NCBI GenBank assembly: GCA_043825095.1
Contig: JBDRSE010000156.1
Span: 125,309 to 189,308, forward strand
From: a bacterium
GTDB taxonomy: Bacteria > Myxococcota_A > Polyangia > HGW-17 > JAJRWW01
Direction of reading: 5' to 3'
Length of the DNA: 64,000 bases
Under the pieces are notes generated by a model. The model searched no databases. It saw only the letters and a program-made list of their open reading frames with translations, and had not been told where the DNA came from. Of the stretch, positions 9,274 through 20,619 are shown one piece after another (position 1 is the first letter of the stretch; every line of letters begins with the position of its first letter). Both the position numbers and the translations under genes were made by a program.

Positions 9274-10911
9274 CTACTCACTCCATCCGGCCTGGTGGGT
9301 CTTGTCGGCGGCGGAGAAGGCCACCACGCGGTGGGTGCCCACGCCTGCGGCCAAGGGGATCGTGGTCACCAGAGTGAAGCCTCCCCTGGCGTTGCTCACG
9401 GTTTCCCCGAGGATGATCAAGTCCTTGTTTCCCGGCCTGCGGAGCAGCAGCTCCACCGGGCGGCCGGCGAGGGGCTCTCCCTGGGCGTTGGTCACCGTTC
9501 CGGTGATGGTCAACGGATCGCCGCGCAGCCCGGTGGTGTCGGCGCCGGCCACCGCAAGGCGCACCGCAACCCCGGGGGGTCTGGGTTGGCTCACGGCCGG
9601 GCTGCCGCTCGGCCCTGGAATGGGCTTGCCGCTCGGGTCGAACCGCCGTCGCGCCCCGTGACCGGTGCGGGGTTGGGGACCCTGACGCTGGCCCGGCGAG
9701 AGGCCGGTCACCGCGCCGTTGAGCCGGCTGTAGTTCTGGCTGTACTGGGGCGGTTTGGGAAACGGATCGTCCAGGGGACGGTGTACGGCGCGCCCCTTGG
9801 CGCCCGAGACGTTCAGCTCGTTCGCCGCGCCGCCGAGATCAATGCGAATCCAGCCCGTTCGTGGGACCCAAACCTCTACGAAGGCGTGAGCCTCGTTGGT
9901 CAGGTAGCGGGCCGGGAGCCCGATGGAGAGCGCCGTGATCACGAAGGCGTAGGAGCGGTGCCGGCAGACACCGCGTTGGCTCACCGTGAGGTCCTCATAG
10001 GTGTTTCCCGTGTTCACCGCCAGCGGTCCCTCCTCAAAGGCCCGGAAGTGCGCTACGAGCTTGTTCAGGACGTTTCCGAAGGTCTGTGAACGGTCGATTC
10101 CGAGCCGTCGGTGCATGCGTTCGGCGACGCGGGCCACGGCGGCGGGCACCACCGGTCGCCGCGCCTTGGGCACGTCGTCCAGGGAGAGGCCGGCCGGAAT
10201 CTCGTGGCTGAAGTACCGGTTGGGTGCGGACACCAGGAACCGCAGCCGCACCGAAGGCCGGGAGCGGGACGGAGCCACGGCAAAGTTGCCGGCGCCGTCC
10301 CGGTAGAAGGTGACGCCAATCCCCCGCGGCAAGGTTTCGTAGCCGTGGATCTGCATGTCCGGCGCCACGGAGGGCAGCGGGAGCTTCGAGTGCCGGCGGG
10401 CCCGCAGCAGCACCGAGCCCCAGAAGTAGGCGCGGTCGGGGGCCTGCTGGACCTTGGTGAGCCCGACTGTGCGATACACCGGATCGCGGTTGACGAGCAC
10501 GAAACGGCTGTTCACGCCGTCCAGCGCGGACACCCGCTTGAACGGCACCACCGAGGGGTTGAACACCGCCTGGTAGTGGAGCTGGCCCTCGTGCTTGGTT
10601 TCGCGATCCGGCGCGGCCTGCTTCTGCCGCTGGGTTTGCCGATCGGTGTCGCCGATCTTCTTCTCTCGAGGACGAGGTGTGAGGCCGTCTTTGGGCCGCT
10701 TCAGCAGGTCGCCGTCCTGCCGGAACCCCGGAGGCAGCTTGCCCGCGCCGGTCTGTTTGGCAAAGTCGATGAGGGCCTGCAGGTCCTTTTCGTCAGGGAC
10801 GTACTCGTGGAGTACGGGGCCGCTCGAGGAGGGTTCCGGAGTTTGACCCGTGGCGGGGCCCGAGGCGAACAGCGCGGCGCAGGCCAGCCAGACAGGAGCG
10901 AGTCGCAGCAT
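9274..10911 (-). CDS. Secreted transglutaminase-like protein with N-terminal carboxypeptidase-regulatory-like domain
   Basis: Signal peptide; transglutaminase core Cys motif GVCRHRSYAFVITALSIGLPARY...HAFVEVWV. Confidence 0.65.
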   Translation of the reverse strand: MLRLAPVWLACAALFASGPATGQTPEPSSSGPVLHEYVPDEKDLQALIDFAKQTGAGKLPPGFRQDGDLLKRPKDGLTPRPREKKIGDTDRQTQRQKQAAPDRETKHEGQLHYQAVFNPSVVPFKRVSALDGVNSRFVLVNRDPVYRTVGLTKVQQAPDRAYFWGSVLLRARRHSKLPLPSVAPDMQIHGYETLPRGIGVTFYRDGAGNFAVAPSRSRPSVRLRFLVSAPNRYFSHEIPAGLSLDDVPKARRPVVPAAVARVAERMHRRLGIDRSQTFGNVLNKLVAHFRAFEEGPLAVNTGNTYEDLTVSQRGVCRHRSYAFVITALSIGLPARYLTNEAHAFVEVWVPRTGWIRIDLGGAANELNVSGAKGRAVHRPLDDPFPKPPQYSQNYSRLNGAVTGLSPGQRQGPQPRTGHGARRRFDPSGKPIPGPSGSPAVSQPRPPGVAVRLAVAGADTTGLRGDPLTITGTVTNAQGEPLAGRPVELLLRRPGNKDLIILGETVSNARGGFTLVTTIPLAAGVGTHRVVAFSAADKTHQAGWSE

Positions 10912-10975
10912 ACCGGGTAGTATGCCACGGCGACGAGCTGTGGCAATGGGCGGCGAAAGAGTTAGAGAGTAAAGG

Positions 10976-12601
10976 CTAGGGCTGGACCTTGATCATGCCG
11001 AACCGGAAGGGGGGCGCGAAGCTCGCCTTGGGGAGCTTGCCGAGGGTGTGGATCCTGGCCTCGCCTTTGAGCGTCGGCTTGACCAACAGCCCGCAGGGAA
11101 CCTCCACCTTGGGCGGGTCTACAGACACCTGGGGCTGGCACATCACGGCGAGGAGGAGCTGTCCGTCCCCGGTGACCTGGATCGAAGAAAACAGGGCGGC
11201 CGCCTGATGGAACGGCGCGCCGGCGCCGAGGTGGTCCGTCTGGAGGATCGTCCCGAACTTGCCCAGCCGGCGCAGCAGCTCGGCTCCTTGCTGCAGTCCG
11301 GTCGGCGTGTTGAGGGGGTGTTTTGCGAGCAGGTGCATGTCGGGATGCATCATGCTGATCAGGAAGGACATCTTGCTGGGCTCCCGACGGATGACCGAGG
11401 CCGAGGCGATCTGGGTCATGGCGTAGGAGGTGTCTACCACCAGCGGCGTGCGCTGGCCGGGGAGCGCCAGGGTCGCCAGCGGTTTCAGCGAAGGCAGCAC
11501 GGTTGTGTCGACGGCAGAGACGACGCCGTACTTGCGCAGCATCGGCGGATGCTTGCCCACCAGCTGGCTGCGGGGGGTGTCCCCGGTCGCGATCCAGAGG
11601 ACCTGCTTGTAGCTGGAGCGAGGCTCGTAGGAGAAATGCATGGAGCGCACGAGAGGCTCCTTGGCCTCGGGGAGCAGCGGGATGAAGCTGGTGTTTCGGA
11701 CCTGGTTTGGGTCCGACACGTCGAAGAGCACCAAGGCGTTCTTGCCCTCGGTAAGCACGGCAAGGGTCTTGCCGTCCGGAGAGAGCTTGATGTCCACCAC
11801 ACCCGCCTTCAGCACGCCCGGCGGGAACCGCGCCGGCACGTACCGGCGGGGATTTCGGGGGTCGTCCAGATCGAACATCAGGATTGCCTTCTCGTGCACC
11901 ACGGCGGCCATCTTGGCCTCCGTCGCCACATCCAGGCCGATCACCTTCCACATCCCCAGCTTGCGTTGGGTCACCTCTTTGGGTCCCCCTGCGGCGGCGA
12001 GGTCGATCACCAGGAGCCGGGGTGCAGTGCCACCGGTGGTCACATAGGCCACGGAGCCGTAGCGGTCGAGGGCTACGAACTGCGGGGCGGTGGCCAGGAG
12101 CGGTTTTCCCACAACCTTCACGTCCGTGGCTCCGACGTCCAGCACCTGGACGCCCGGGAGCCCGGGGATGATGGCGAGGCCGTAACGCCGGAGCTCCAGC
12201 GGAACAGAGGCCGACCCTCGATCGTGGCTGATGGTGATGTTCAGCTTGCCGGGGGTGGTTCCGGCCGGGGCCCGGACGACGATGCCGCCGTCCTCGGTCC
12301 GCGCGATGACGGCCATCGGCTTGGAGCCGAAGCTCACCTGGGGCTGCTTGCCCAGATCCTTGCCGCGGATGACCAGGAGCTCTCCCACCACCGCGATGCC
12401 GTCGCTCTTGTCGTGTTTGAGCGGCTTGTTCATGATCAGGGGCACCGAGCCCAGATCCTGTACTCTCTCGATTTTGGGATCGCCGCTGGGGGACTCAAGG
12501 TCCATCTTGGTGACGAGCTTCCAGAGGTCCGGCGGCTTGCAGCCCGCCAACACGGATACGGCGCACACTGGGATGAGCCATCGGCGTAGCGTGGATACCA
12601 T
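10976..12601 (-). CDS. Lipoprotein with YVTN-type beta-propeller repeats
   Basis: Signal peptide + lipobox LAGC; repeated SPDGKTLAV-like propeller blades; ATG at 12601 (internal to the ORF-track ORF starting 12673). Confidence 0.5.
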   Translation of the reverse strand: MVSTLRRWLIPVCAVSVLAGCKPPDLWKLVTKMDLESPSGDPKIERVQDLGSVPLIMNKPLKHDKSDGIAVVGELLVIRGKDLGKQPQVSFGSKPMAVIARTEDGGIVVRAPAGTTPGKLNITISHDRGSASVPLELRRYGLAIIPGLPGVQVLDVGATDVKVVGKPLLATAPQFVALDRYGSVAYVTTGGTAPRLLVIDLAAAGGPKEVTQRKLGMWKVIGLDVATEAKMAAVVHEKAILMFDLDDPRNPRRYVPARFPPGVLKAGVVDIKLSPDGKTLAVLTEGKNALVLFDVSDPNQVRNTSFIPLLPEAKEPLVRSMHFSYEPRSSYKQVLWIATGDTPRSQLVGKHPPMLRKYGVVSAVDTTVLPSLKPLATLALPGQRTPLVVDTSYAMTQIASASVIRREPSKMSFLISMMHPDMHLLAKHPLNTPTGLQQGAELLRRLGKFGTILQTDHLGAGAPFHQAAALFSSIQVTGDGQLLLAVMCQPQVSVDPPKVEVPCGLLVKPTLKGEARIHTLGKLPKASFAPPFRFGMIKVQP

Positions 12602-12678
12602 TTGAGTCTCTCCTTCGACCGAAGTATGGGACGGGATTATCGGTATCTCCGCAGCCTTAGTCAACCATCCCACGGACG

Positions 12679-12796
12679 GATGTGTTCACGGGGGGGCTAT
12701 TTGCAGCACCTCACGAGCGCAGCGACTCCCGTCCCCCCAAGGGGTAGCCCGCGCTGCGTTGGGGGGCGCAATGCCGTCTGCCACGTGAACGGTTCA
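12679..12796. repeat. MITE-like intergenic repeat, copy A (related to 34620-34862)
   Basis: Shares GATGTGTTCACGG..CTATTTGC(A/G)GCACC..CCAAGGGGTAGCCCGC..GCCGTCT..ACGTGAACGGTT blocks with copy B; terminal inverted GTTCACG/CGTGAAC. Confidence 0.45.
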
Positions 12797-12881
12797 CCCT
12801 GGGACAAGGGTGTCGGAGACCCTCTTGACACTCGTCGAATGTTCAGTATACTGATTAAATGTTTAGATCTCGGAGGATCTC

Positions 12882-13493
12882 ATGGAGCCCTTGACGAAAC
12901 GACAGCGGCAGGTGCTGAATTTCATTACCCGCTCCATCGAGGAGCGTGGGTATCCCCCGACCATGCGTGAGATCGGCGAGCACATGGGCATCCGGTCCAC
13001 GAACGGAGTGAACGACCACCTCAAGGCCCTGGAACGCAAGGGGCACATCGTGCGGGAGGACCTCAAGTCCAGGACGCTCCGGCCGGTTTCAGCGTCGCCC
13101 CTGCCCGCGTCCATCCCCCTCGTGGGTCGGGTCGCCGCCGGTCAGCCGATCCTCGCCGTGGAGAACCTTGAGGAAACCATCAAGGTCGATCGCTATCTCG
13201 TGGGCGCCGGCGAAGACCTCTTCGGGCTGCGCGTGCAGGGCGAATCCATGATCGAAGACGGCATCCTGGACGGAGACATTGTCTTCGTGCGCCAGCAGCC
13301 CACTGCGAACCGGGGGGAGATCGTCGTCGCGCTCGTGGACGACGAAGCCACGGTCAAGCGCTACTACCCGGAGAAGAACGGCGTTCGTCTTCAGCCGGCG
13401 AACGCCTCCATGAAGCCGTTTCACATCCGCCCTGAGGACGGCACCGAGTTCAGCCTCGTCGGGGTGGTGGTCGGGGTGTACCGTCGCGTCTGA
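12882..13493 (+). CDS. lexA: LexA repressor
   Basis: N-terminal wHTH ([12 protein letters not shown]...[10 protein letters not shown]), Ala-Gly cleavage site, S24 peptidase Ser/Lys motifs; RBS ggagga 12872-12877. Confidence 0.9.
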   Translation: MEPLTKRQRQVLNFITRSIEERGYPPTMREIGEHMGIRSTNGVNDHLKALERKGHIVREDLKSRTLRPVSASPLPASIPLVGRVAAGQPILAVENLEETIKVDRYLVGAGEDLFGLRVQGESMIEDGILDGDIVFVRQQPTANRGEIVVALVDDEATVKRYYPEKNGVRLQPANASMKPFHIRPEDGTEFSLVGVVVGVYRRV

Positions 13494-13566
13494 GGTCCCC
13501 TCTCCAGGAGCGACGTCTCAGATCGACATTCCTGACCGTGCACATCCCCGCAGTATCCCGTACAAT

Positions 13567-15561
13567 GTGGACGTGAACGACGGCTCCTCCACTGACCAAG
13601 ACCGCCCGCTCGCCCTCCGGTGGAAGCTCCTCATCGGCCTGGCGATCTCACTGCTGGTGAACGTGCTGGCGGTGTGGCCGCTGTTCGGGCGGCTGGTCAC
13701 CGGCAACGGCAAGGCGCCCGAGATCGTGCGCCCCCGGGAGCTGGTGGTCGAGCTCCACCCGGCCAAGCCCGCGCCCGAGGAACAGAGGGTCCCCGAGCGG
13801 CAACCTCGGTCGCTGGCGCGGACGCTGGACCCGAAACAGCACAAGCTGCTGGCCCAGCGCACGCGCCCCCGCGTCCGGCCGGATCGGCTCCAACGCCCGA
13901 GGCGCCTGCTGCGCCGGCAACCGAAACCTCGACCCAGGCCGAAACCCAAGCGCCCAAAGCCGAAGGCGAAGCAGAAGCGGCAGAAGATCGAGCCCCTGAA
14001 GATGCGACTGAAGATGGTCGATCAGGACTATCAGAAAAACGAGCAGCCACCCAAGGACGCGCGCTTTCTGGCGGCCAAGAATCGTGATGTGAAGCGTGAG
14101 ACCCGGGCCCGGCACGTAAACCTGGATCGGCACAGCAACAAGACGCAGCTGAGCCCCAAGCCGAAGCAGCGGATCGGCTCGCTCACGCGTCAGACCAAGA
14201 CGGAGACCCGGCTGCCTCAGCGGGCCGTGCAGGAGCGGGCCGGCGCCGCTCGTCAGGGACCCAGACCCCGACCGAAGGTCGTGGCCCAGGAGCGGCCGCA
14301 GCCGGCCCAGGAGGCCCGCCGCCAGTCATTGCTCACCATGCGGGATCGACGGGTGAACCAGGACAAGGACGTGCTGAATCCTGACAAGCTGCCGCGCTCC
14401 AAAGAGGGGCTCCGGGTGGCGCGGCCGGATCGTCGTCGGCAGCGCATGACGGCGATGGGCCGCACGCCGATCACCGCCCGTCGCCGGCTCAAGCTGCGCC
14501 TGACACCGCAAGATGCGGACCGCATCTATGGGAAGCAGTGGGCTCAGCAGTGGAAGCAGCGGCACGCCCGGCGGGGCGCCCGGGGACCCAAGAGCCAGCG
14601 CTGGGCCAAGATCAAGGCGGCCCTGGCGAACTACATCCCGGAGGTGAAGGAGGGGAACCAGACGGCCCTCAAGACCCGGGCCCATCCCTTTGCGCGATAT
14701 ATCGCTTTCATGCATCGAAAGATCCACCCGCGGTGGGGAGACGGCTTCCTGGTGGATCTGGATCGGCTGCCGGCCGCGGACGGCTTCAATGATTACACGC
14801 GGTGGACCAAGCTCGAGATCGTGCTCAATCGACAGGGACAGGTGGTGAAGGTGGGGATCGTGAAGCCCTCGGGTTACCTGCCCTTCGACGTGGCCGCGCT
14901 GGACGTGGTGTTCTCGGCCGGACCCTTTGGCGCGCCCCCTCAGGCCATTGTCTCGCCCAATGGCAACGTGTACATGCACTGGGAGTTCTGGCGGAACCAC
15001 CGGCAGTGCGGGACCTTCGGGGTCAATCCGTTCATCCTGGCGGCGCCGAAGACCGGGCCGTCGGACCGGGGAGCCGGCAGCGCCGCCGCTGGCAAGCAGC
15101 GGCTCGGGCGTGCCTTGCGCAGGCGGGGTCCGGCCGTCAGGCAGCGGGTGGCCGCGGCCTCGCGTCGCGCGGCCCGGCAGCCCGACGGGGACCTGGATGC
15201 TCGAGCCCGGGGCCCGGCCGTCGCCTGGTTGATGGGCCTCATGCAGGGCCAGGTCGGGAAGATGCTCGCGGTGAGCAAGGTGCCCTTCACCGCGTCCGGC
15301 AAGGTGGTGGCCCGGACCAAGCCACGGCTGCAGCGAGTGCTCCAAGCCCTGATCGATGAGAACCCCAAGCTCCGGCTTCAGACCGAGGTGCAGCTGCTGA
15401 CCGCGTCCGGCCTGCGATCACGTCTCGGGACGCTGCCCCGGGGCGTGCGGCCGGGCACGCCGGACCTGTTCGTGGTCGCCCGGCTGGGACAGGCAGATGT
15501 CGTGCTGATCCTGGGCCGCGCAGCGGGCGCCCGCTGGCAAGTGGTCGGCCTCGCCCGCTAG
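13567..15561 (+). CDS. TonB-family energy transducer-like protein (N-terminal TM anchor, hyper-basic Pro/Arg/Lys-rich linker, TonB-C-like domain) with C-terminal extension
   Basis: TM helix LLIGLAISLLVNVLAVWPLF; PKPRPRPKPKRPKPK linker; TonB_C-like LEIVLNRQGQVVKVGIVKPSGYLPFDVAALDVVFSAGPFGAPP; GTG start. Confidence 0.5.
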   Translation: MDVNDGSSTDQDRPLALRWKLLIGLAISLLVNVLAVWPLFGRLVTGNGKAPEIVRPRELVVELHPAKPAPEEQRVPERQPRSLARTLDPKQHKLLAQRTRPRVRPDRLQRPRRLLRRQPKPRPRPKPKRPKPKAKQKRQKIEPLKMRLKMVDQDYQKNEQPPKDARFLAAKNRDVKRETRARHVNLDRHSNKTQLSPKPKQRIGSLTRQTKTETRLPQRAVQERAGAARQGPRPRPKVVAQERPQPAQEARRQSLLTMRDRRVNQDKDVLNPDKLPRSKEGLRVARPDRRRQRMTAMGRTPITARRRLKLRLTPQDADRIYGKQWAQQWKQRHARRGARGPKSQRWAKIKAALANYIPEVKEGNQTALKTRAHPFARYIAFMHRKIHPRWGDGFLVDLDRLPAADGFNDYTRWTKLEIVLNRQGQVVKVGIVKPSGYLPFDVAALDVVFSAGPFGAPPQAIVSPNGNVYMHWEFWRNHRQCGTFGVNPFILAAPKTGPSDRGAGSAAAGKQRLGRALRRRGPAVRQRVAAASRRAARQPDGDLDARARGPAVAWLMGLMQGQVGKMLAVSKVPFTASGKVVARTKPRLQRVLQALIDENPKLRLQTEVQLLTASGLRSRLGTLPRGVRPGTPDLFVVARLGQADVVLILGRAAGARWQVVGLAR

Positions 15562-17600
15562 CTCGGTTTTTCGTGATAGTGGCTCCAGACGGCCTCGGCC
15601 GCCTTGAGGTTCATGCCGGGCGCCGCGCGCAGGGCTTCCCGGGTGGCTTGTTCTACGTCCCGGACGCTCCCGAAGTGTTTCAGCAGCGTCGCCGCCCGCT
15701 TGGGACCCACCCCGGGGATGTCCAGCAGGGCACTGCGGAGCGTGGTGGCGCGGCGCAGCTTGCGGTGGTAGGTGATGGCAAAGCGGTGAGCCTCGTCCCG
15801 GAGCCGGGCCAGGAGGAAGAGCTCGGCCGTGTTGGGGCGCAGCCGGATGGGATCCTTCACGCCGGGGAGGAACACCCGGTCCACCACGTCTCCGCCCGCG
15901 GTCTGCTCTGCCGCGCCGGCCGATGCGGGAGGGGACGCCACCCCGGGCCACTGCTTGCGCGCCTTGGCCAGCGCGGCCACGTCCATCTCCCCGCCCCCGT
16001 GGGGCACGCCGAGGTCGGCGAGGACTGTGAGGGCGGTGTTGAGCTGCCCCTTGCCGCCGTCGATGACCAGGAGGTCGGGCGGCTCCCAGTCCTCCTCGCC
16101 CGCCTGGGCTCGGGCGAAGCGGCGGCCGAGCACCTCGCGGAGGGCGCCGTAATCATCCTGGCCGGTCGTGGTTTGCACCTTATAGTGACGGTAGCGCGCC
16201 TTGCACGGCTCTCCGTCCTCCATCACCACCAGGGATCCCACGATCTGCTCCCCCTGGAGGTTTGAGATGTCGTAGCCCTCGATCCGATGTGGAATCCGGC
16301 CGAGCCGGAGCCGCTTCTGAAGGCGCAAGAGCAGCTCCTCGGTGTCGGCGGCGCGGGTGGAGCGGGCTTCGAAGGAGGCCTCTGCCGTGCGCTCCGCCAT
16401 CTCCATCAGGCGCCGGCGGTAGCCGCGCCGGGGCTGGAGCACCCGGACCTTGCGTCCCCGTTTGTCGCTCAGCCATTCGGCGAGGACCGGGCCATCCTCG
16501 AGCGCCGCGCTAACCAGCACCTCGTCGGGAAGGGGGCGATCGCCCTCGTAGAGCAGCGCCAGGAACGAGCTGAGCATCTCAGCGTCCGGAAACTCCTGGT
16601 TTCGAAGCGGCACCTCTTCCGAGCCGATCATCCGCCCCTGGCGGATCGTCATCAGGCACAGCTCCACCCGATCTCCCTGCCGGTACTGGCCGATGACGTC
16701 CTGGTTCAACCCGACGGCCTCGACCACGTGCTGCTCCTGCATGATGCGGCGCAGGTCGGCCACGAGATCCCGGAGCCGCGCCGCCTCCTCGAAGGACTCC
16801 TGGGCCGCGGCGGTGTACATTCGCTGCTCCAGGCTGCGGACCAGCTCGTCCTCGCGACCCGATAGGAACAGCGCCACGTCGGCCACCCGCTCGGCGTACA
16901 CCACCGCGTCCACCGGCAAGGTGCAGGGCGCCAGGCAGCGGCCGATCTGGTACTGCAGGCACGGCCGGGTGCGGGACGCCATCACCCGGTCCGTGCAGAC
17001 CCGCAGCTGGAAATGCTTGTTCAGCAGCCGGGTGACCTGCCGGGCAGGCCGCGCCGACTGGTACGGCCCGAAGTAGTGCGCGCCGTCTTTACGAATGCGG
17101 CGTACGAGCTCGAGGCGGGGGTACGGCTTCCGGGTGTCCAGGCGCAGCGCCAGGTAGTTCTTGTCGTCCCGCAGCAGGACGTTGTAGCGGGGCTGGTGCT
17201 CCTTGATGAGATTGTTCTCCAGGAGCAGCGCCTCCTTCTCGTTGGCGGTGACCACGAACTCGATCTGATACAGGATGCGGTCGAGCAGCGCCACGAAGGT
17301 CCTCGTGTCACCGCTGGCACTGAAGTAGGAGCGCACGCGTGAGCGCAAGTTGGCCGCCTTGCCCACGTAGAACACGTTCCCCTGCCGTCCCTTCATCAGG
17401 TAGACGCCGGGCGCCCGCGGCAGCCGCGCCACCCGCCGCTGGATCCGCTCCTGCCGGGTGAGTTTCCGCGCCTTCTGAATCGGCTTCGCCTGGGAGTCGG
17501 TTTTCCGCTCGGCCTCCGGCTCGGCCTCTGGCTCGGCCTCCGGCTCGGCCTCTGGCTGAGCGTCCGGCAGGGCTTCGTCTTTCGTGTTCGTGTCCTTCAT
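15558..17600 (-). CDS. uvrC: Excinuclease ABC subunit C
   Basis: GIY-YIG (PGVYLMKGRQGNVFYVGKAANLRSRVRSYF), UvrBC-interaction and RNase H-like/HhH C-terminal domains; ATG 17600 chosen (ORF-track 17642 would overlap the upstream gene). Confidence 0.88.
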   Translation of the reverse strand: MKDTNTKDEALPDAQPEAEPEAEPEAEPEAERKTDSQAKPIQKARKLTRQERIQRRVARLPRAPGVYLMKGRQGNVFYVGKAANLRSRVRSYFSASGDTRTFVALLDRILYQIEFVVTANEKEALLLENNLIKEHQPRYNVLLRDDKNYLALRLDTRKPYPRLELVRRIRKDGAHYFGPYQSARPARQVTRLLNKHFQLRVCTDRVMASRTRPCLQYQIGRCLAPCTLPVDAVVYAERVADVALFLSGREDELVRSLEQRMYTAAAQESFEEAARLRDLVADLRRIMQEQHVVEAVGLNQDVIGQYRQGDRVELCLMTIRQGRMIGSEEVPLRNQEFPDAEMLSSFLALLYEGDRPLPDEVLVSAALEDGPVLAEWLSDKRGRKVRVLQPRRGYRRRLMEMAERTAEASFEARSTRAADTEELLLRLQKRLRLGRIPHRIEGYDISNLQGEQIVGSLVVMEDGEPCKARYRHYKVQTTTGQDDYGALREVLGRRFARAQAGEEDWEPPDLLVIDGGKGQLNTALTVLADLGVPHGGGEMDVAALAKARKQWPGVASPPASAGAAEQTAGGDVVDRVFLPGVKDPIRLRPNTAELFLLARLRDEAHRFAITYHRKLRRATTLRSALLDIPGVGPKRAATLLKHFGSVRDVEQATREALRAAPGMNLKAAEAVWSHYHEKPS
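17505..17563. repeat. In-frame 12-bp tandem repeat (ctcggcctcYgg x5) encoding (PEAE)n at the UvrC N-terminus
   Basis: Direct tandem repeat visible in sequence; translates to PEAEPEAEPEAEPEAE. Confidence 0.6.
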
Positions 17601-17619
17601 GGCAACGCGTTCCAGTGCA

Positions 17620-18927
17620 TCAACGTCTGCGGAGCTGGGCATCGAGCTGCGCTGCGCGGGGGGTCAGGTCCTCCTCCACCAGGCGGAACTCCCCGTTGCG
17701 TCCGTAGGTTTCCTGTAGCCGGAGCACGCGCAGCTTCACCCCGGGGCACGTCAGCACGTGGGAGACTTGAAAGGTGTTGCCGATCCGCCCGATCACGGCG
17801 AGGTTGGTATACCCGTGCTGTGCCTTCCAGAACTGACAGGCCAGACGGTGCGGCGCGGCCGGCCCAAGGCAGGCGTGGCGAGGGGTCCCGGCGTCGACCC
17901 TCCGGGTTCCCATGCCGCAGCTCGGGTACTTGAGCTCAAGCAGGATGGCGTGAAGCTGTTCGATCTGCTTGTGGTGGGTCAGCGGGGCGGCCTGTTTCAG
18001 CAGCTCTCCGAAGGGGATCGGCGTTGCCCTTCGGTGCTGCTGCCGTGTCAGATATCGACAGCTCACCCCCGGCGCTCCACCGCACGGCACCTCCAGCAGG
18101 TGCAGCCCGGGGAAGCGAGGCAGCGCGCTGGTCTGCAGGCTCAGCCGCCGGCTGCGAGGCCGGCTCGGAAACTGCGCGTCCGCGAGCTCCCAGACGCCCA
18201 GGATTGTTTTGACCGCCGGGACGCCCGACCGCCCCGCTCGGGGTTGCCCGGGTCGGCTGTCCAAGGTGTTTCGCGTAGGATCGAGCAGAAGCTGAATCCG
18301 CTCTCCCACGGGGATCGTCGGCTGCTGCTGCCGGGGAATCGATTGCCGCCCCTGGCCACGCCCTTGGGGCCACAGGCTCGTGGACGCCCGGCCCTTGGTC
18401 CGCGCGAGGCGGATTCGGATGCTGCTGCCTTGGATCACGTACTTCTGGGTTTGGCAGAGAGGAATGAACCGCAGCTGCAGGACCAGCTCCGGGCGCGCGC
18501 GCGCACGGTTCAGCCGTGGCGCATCCTCTGGGTGCATCCGGACGGTGAAGCTGAATCGCTGATAGGGCCGCCCGTCCAGGGTGATCAGGCTGGCCTCGTG
18601 AGGTTCGGCCACCAACTGCACGGCCTGTGCGAACTGGTCCTGAAAGTGGGAGCTGGTGATCCGTTGGCGCAGCTCCCGGCCGGGGTCGCAGGCCGCCCGG
18701 GCACGGGGCGGCGGCGGCGTGGTGGCGCCGGCGATCTGTCGGCGGTAGCGCTCGTGCCATCGCTGGCGGTGGGCCGCCCGGGCGCGCGCCAGGCGCGCGC
18801 GACGGAGCCGCTCCTCCCGGGTGATCCGCTGCTCCTCCTCCCGCTCCTGTAAAGCGCCCTGCCGACAACCGATCACCACCAGCGCCGCCAGCCAGAGCAC
18901 CCGCAGCGATGTCGCGAGTCGACGCAT
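17620..18927 (-). CDS. Hypothetical lipoprotein (Arg-rich)
   Basis: Signal peptide + lipobox VIGC; no recognisable domain; ORF track. Confidence 0.4.
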   Translation of the reverse strand: MRRLATSLRVLWLAALVVIGCRQGALQEREEEQRITREERLRRARLARARAAHRQRWHERYRRQIAGATTPPPPRARAACDPGRELRQRITSSHFQDQFAQAVQLVAEPHEASLITLDGRPYQRFSFTVRMHPEDAPRLNRARARPELVLQLRFIPLCQTQKYVIQGSSIRIRLARTKGRASTSLWPQGRGQGRQSIPRQQQPTIPVGERIQLLLDPTRNTLDSRPGQPRAGRSGVPAVKTILGVWELADAQFPSRPRSRRLSLQTSALPRFPGLHLLEVPCGGAPGVSCRYLTRQQHRRATPIPFGELLKQAAPLTHHKQIEQLHAILLELKYPSCGMGTRRVDAGTPRHACLGPAAPHRLACQFWKAQHGYTNLAVIGRIGNTFQVSHVLTCPGVKLRVLRLQETYGRNGEFRLVEEDLTPRAAQLDAQLRRR

Positions 18928-18990
18928 CCGACACAGGCTAGCAGCTATCCCCCAAAAGCTGAACGCCCTAAAGCAATTTGTGAGCGGGCC

Positions 18991-20619
<1,629 letters not shown>

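Noticed and set aside
12826-12855. Match to the published Myxococcus LexA box CTRHAMRYBYGTTCAGS
   Set aside because: Only the GTTCAG core fits. Most of the 5' half mismatches, so I do not call it a canonical SOS box and report only the palindrome.
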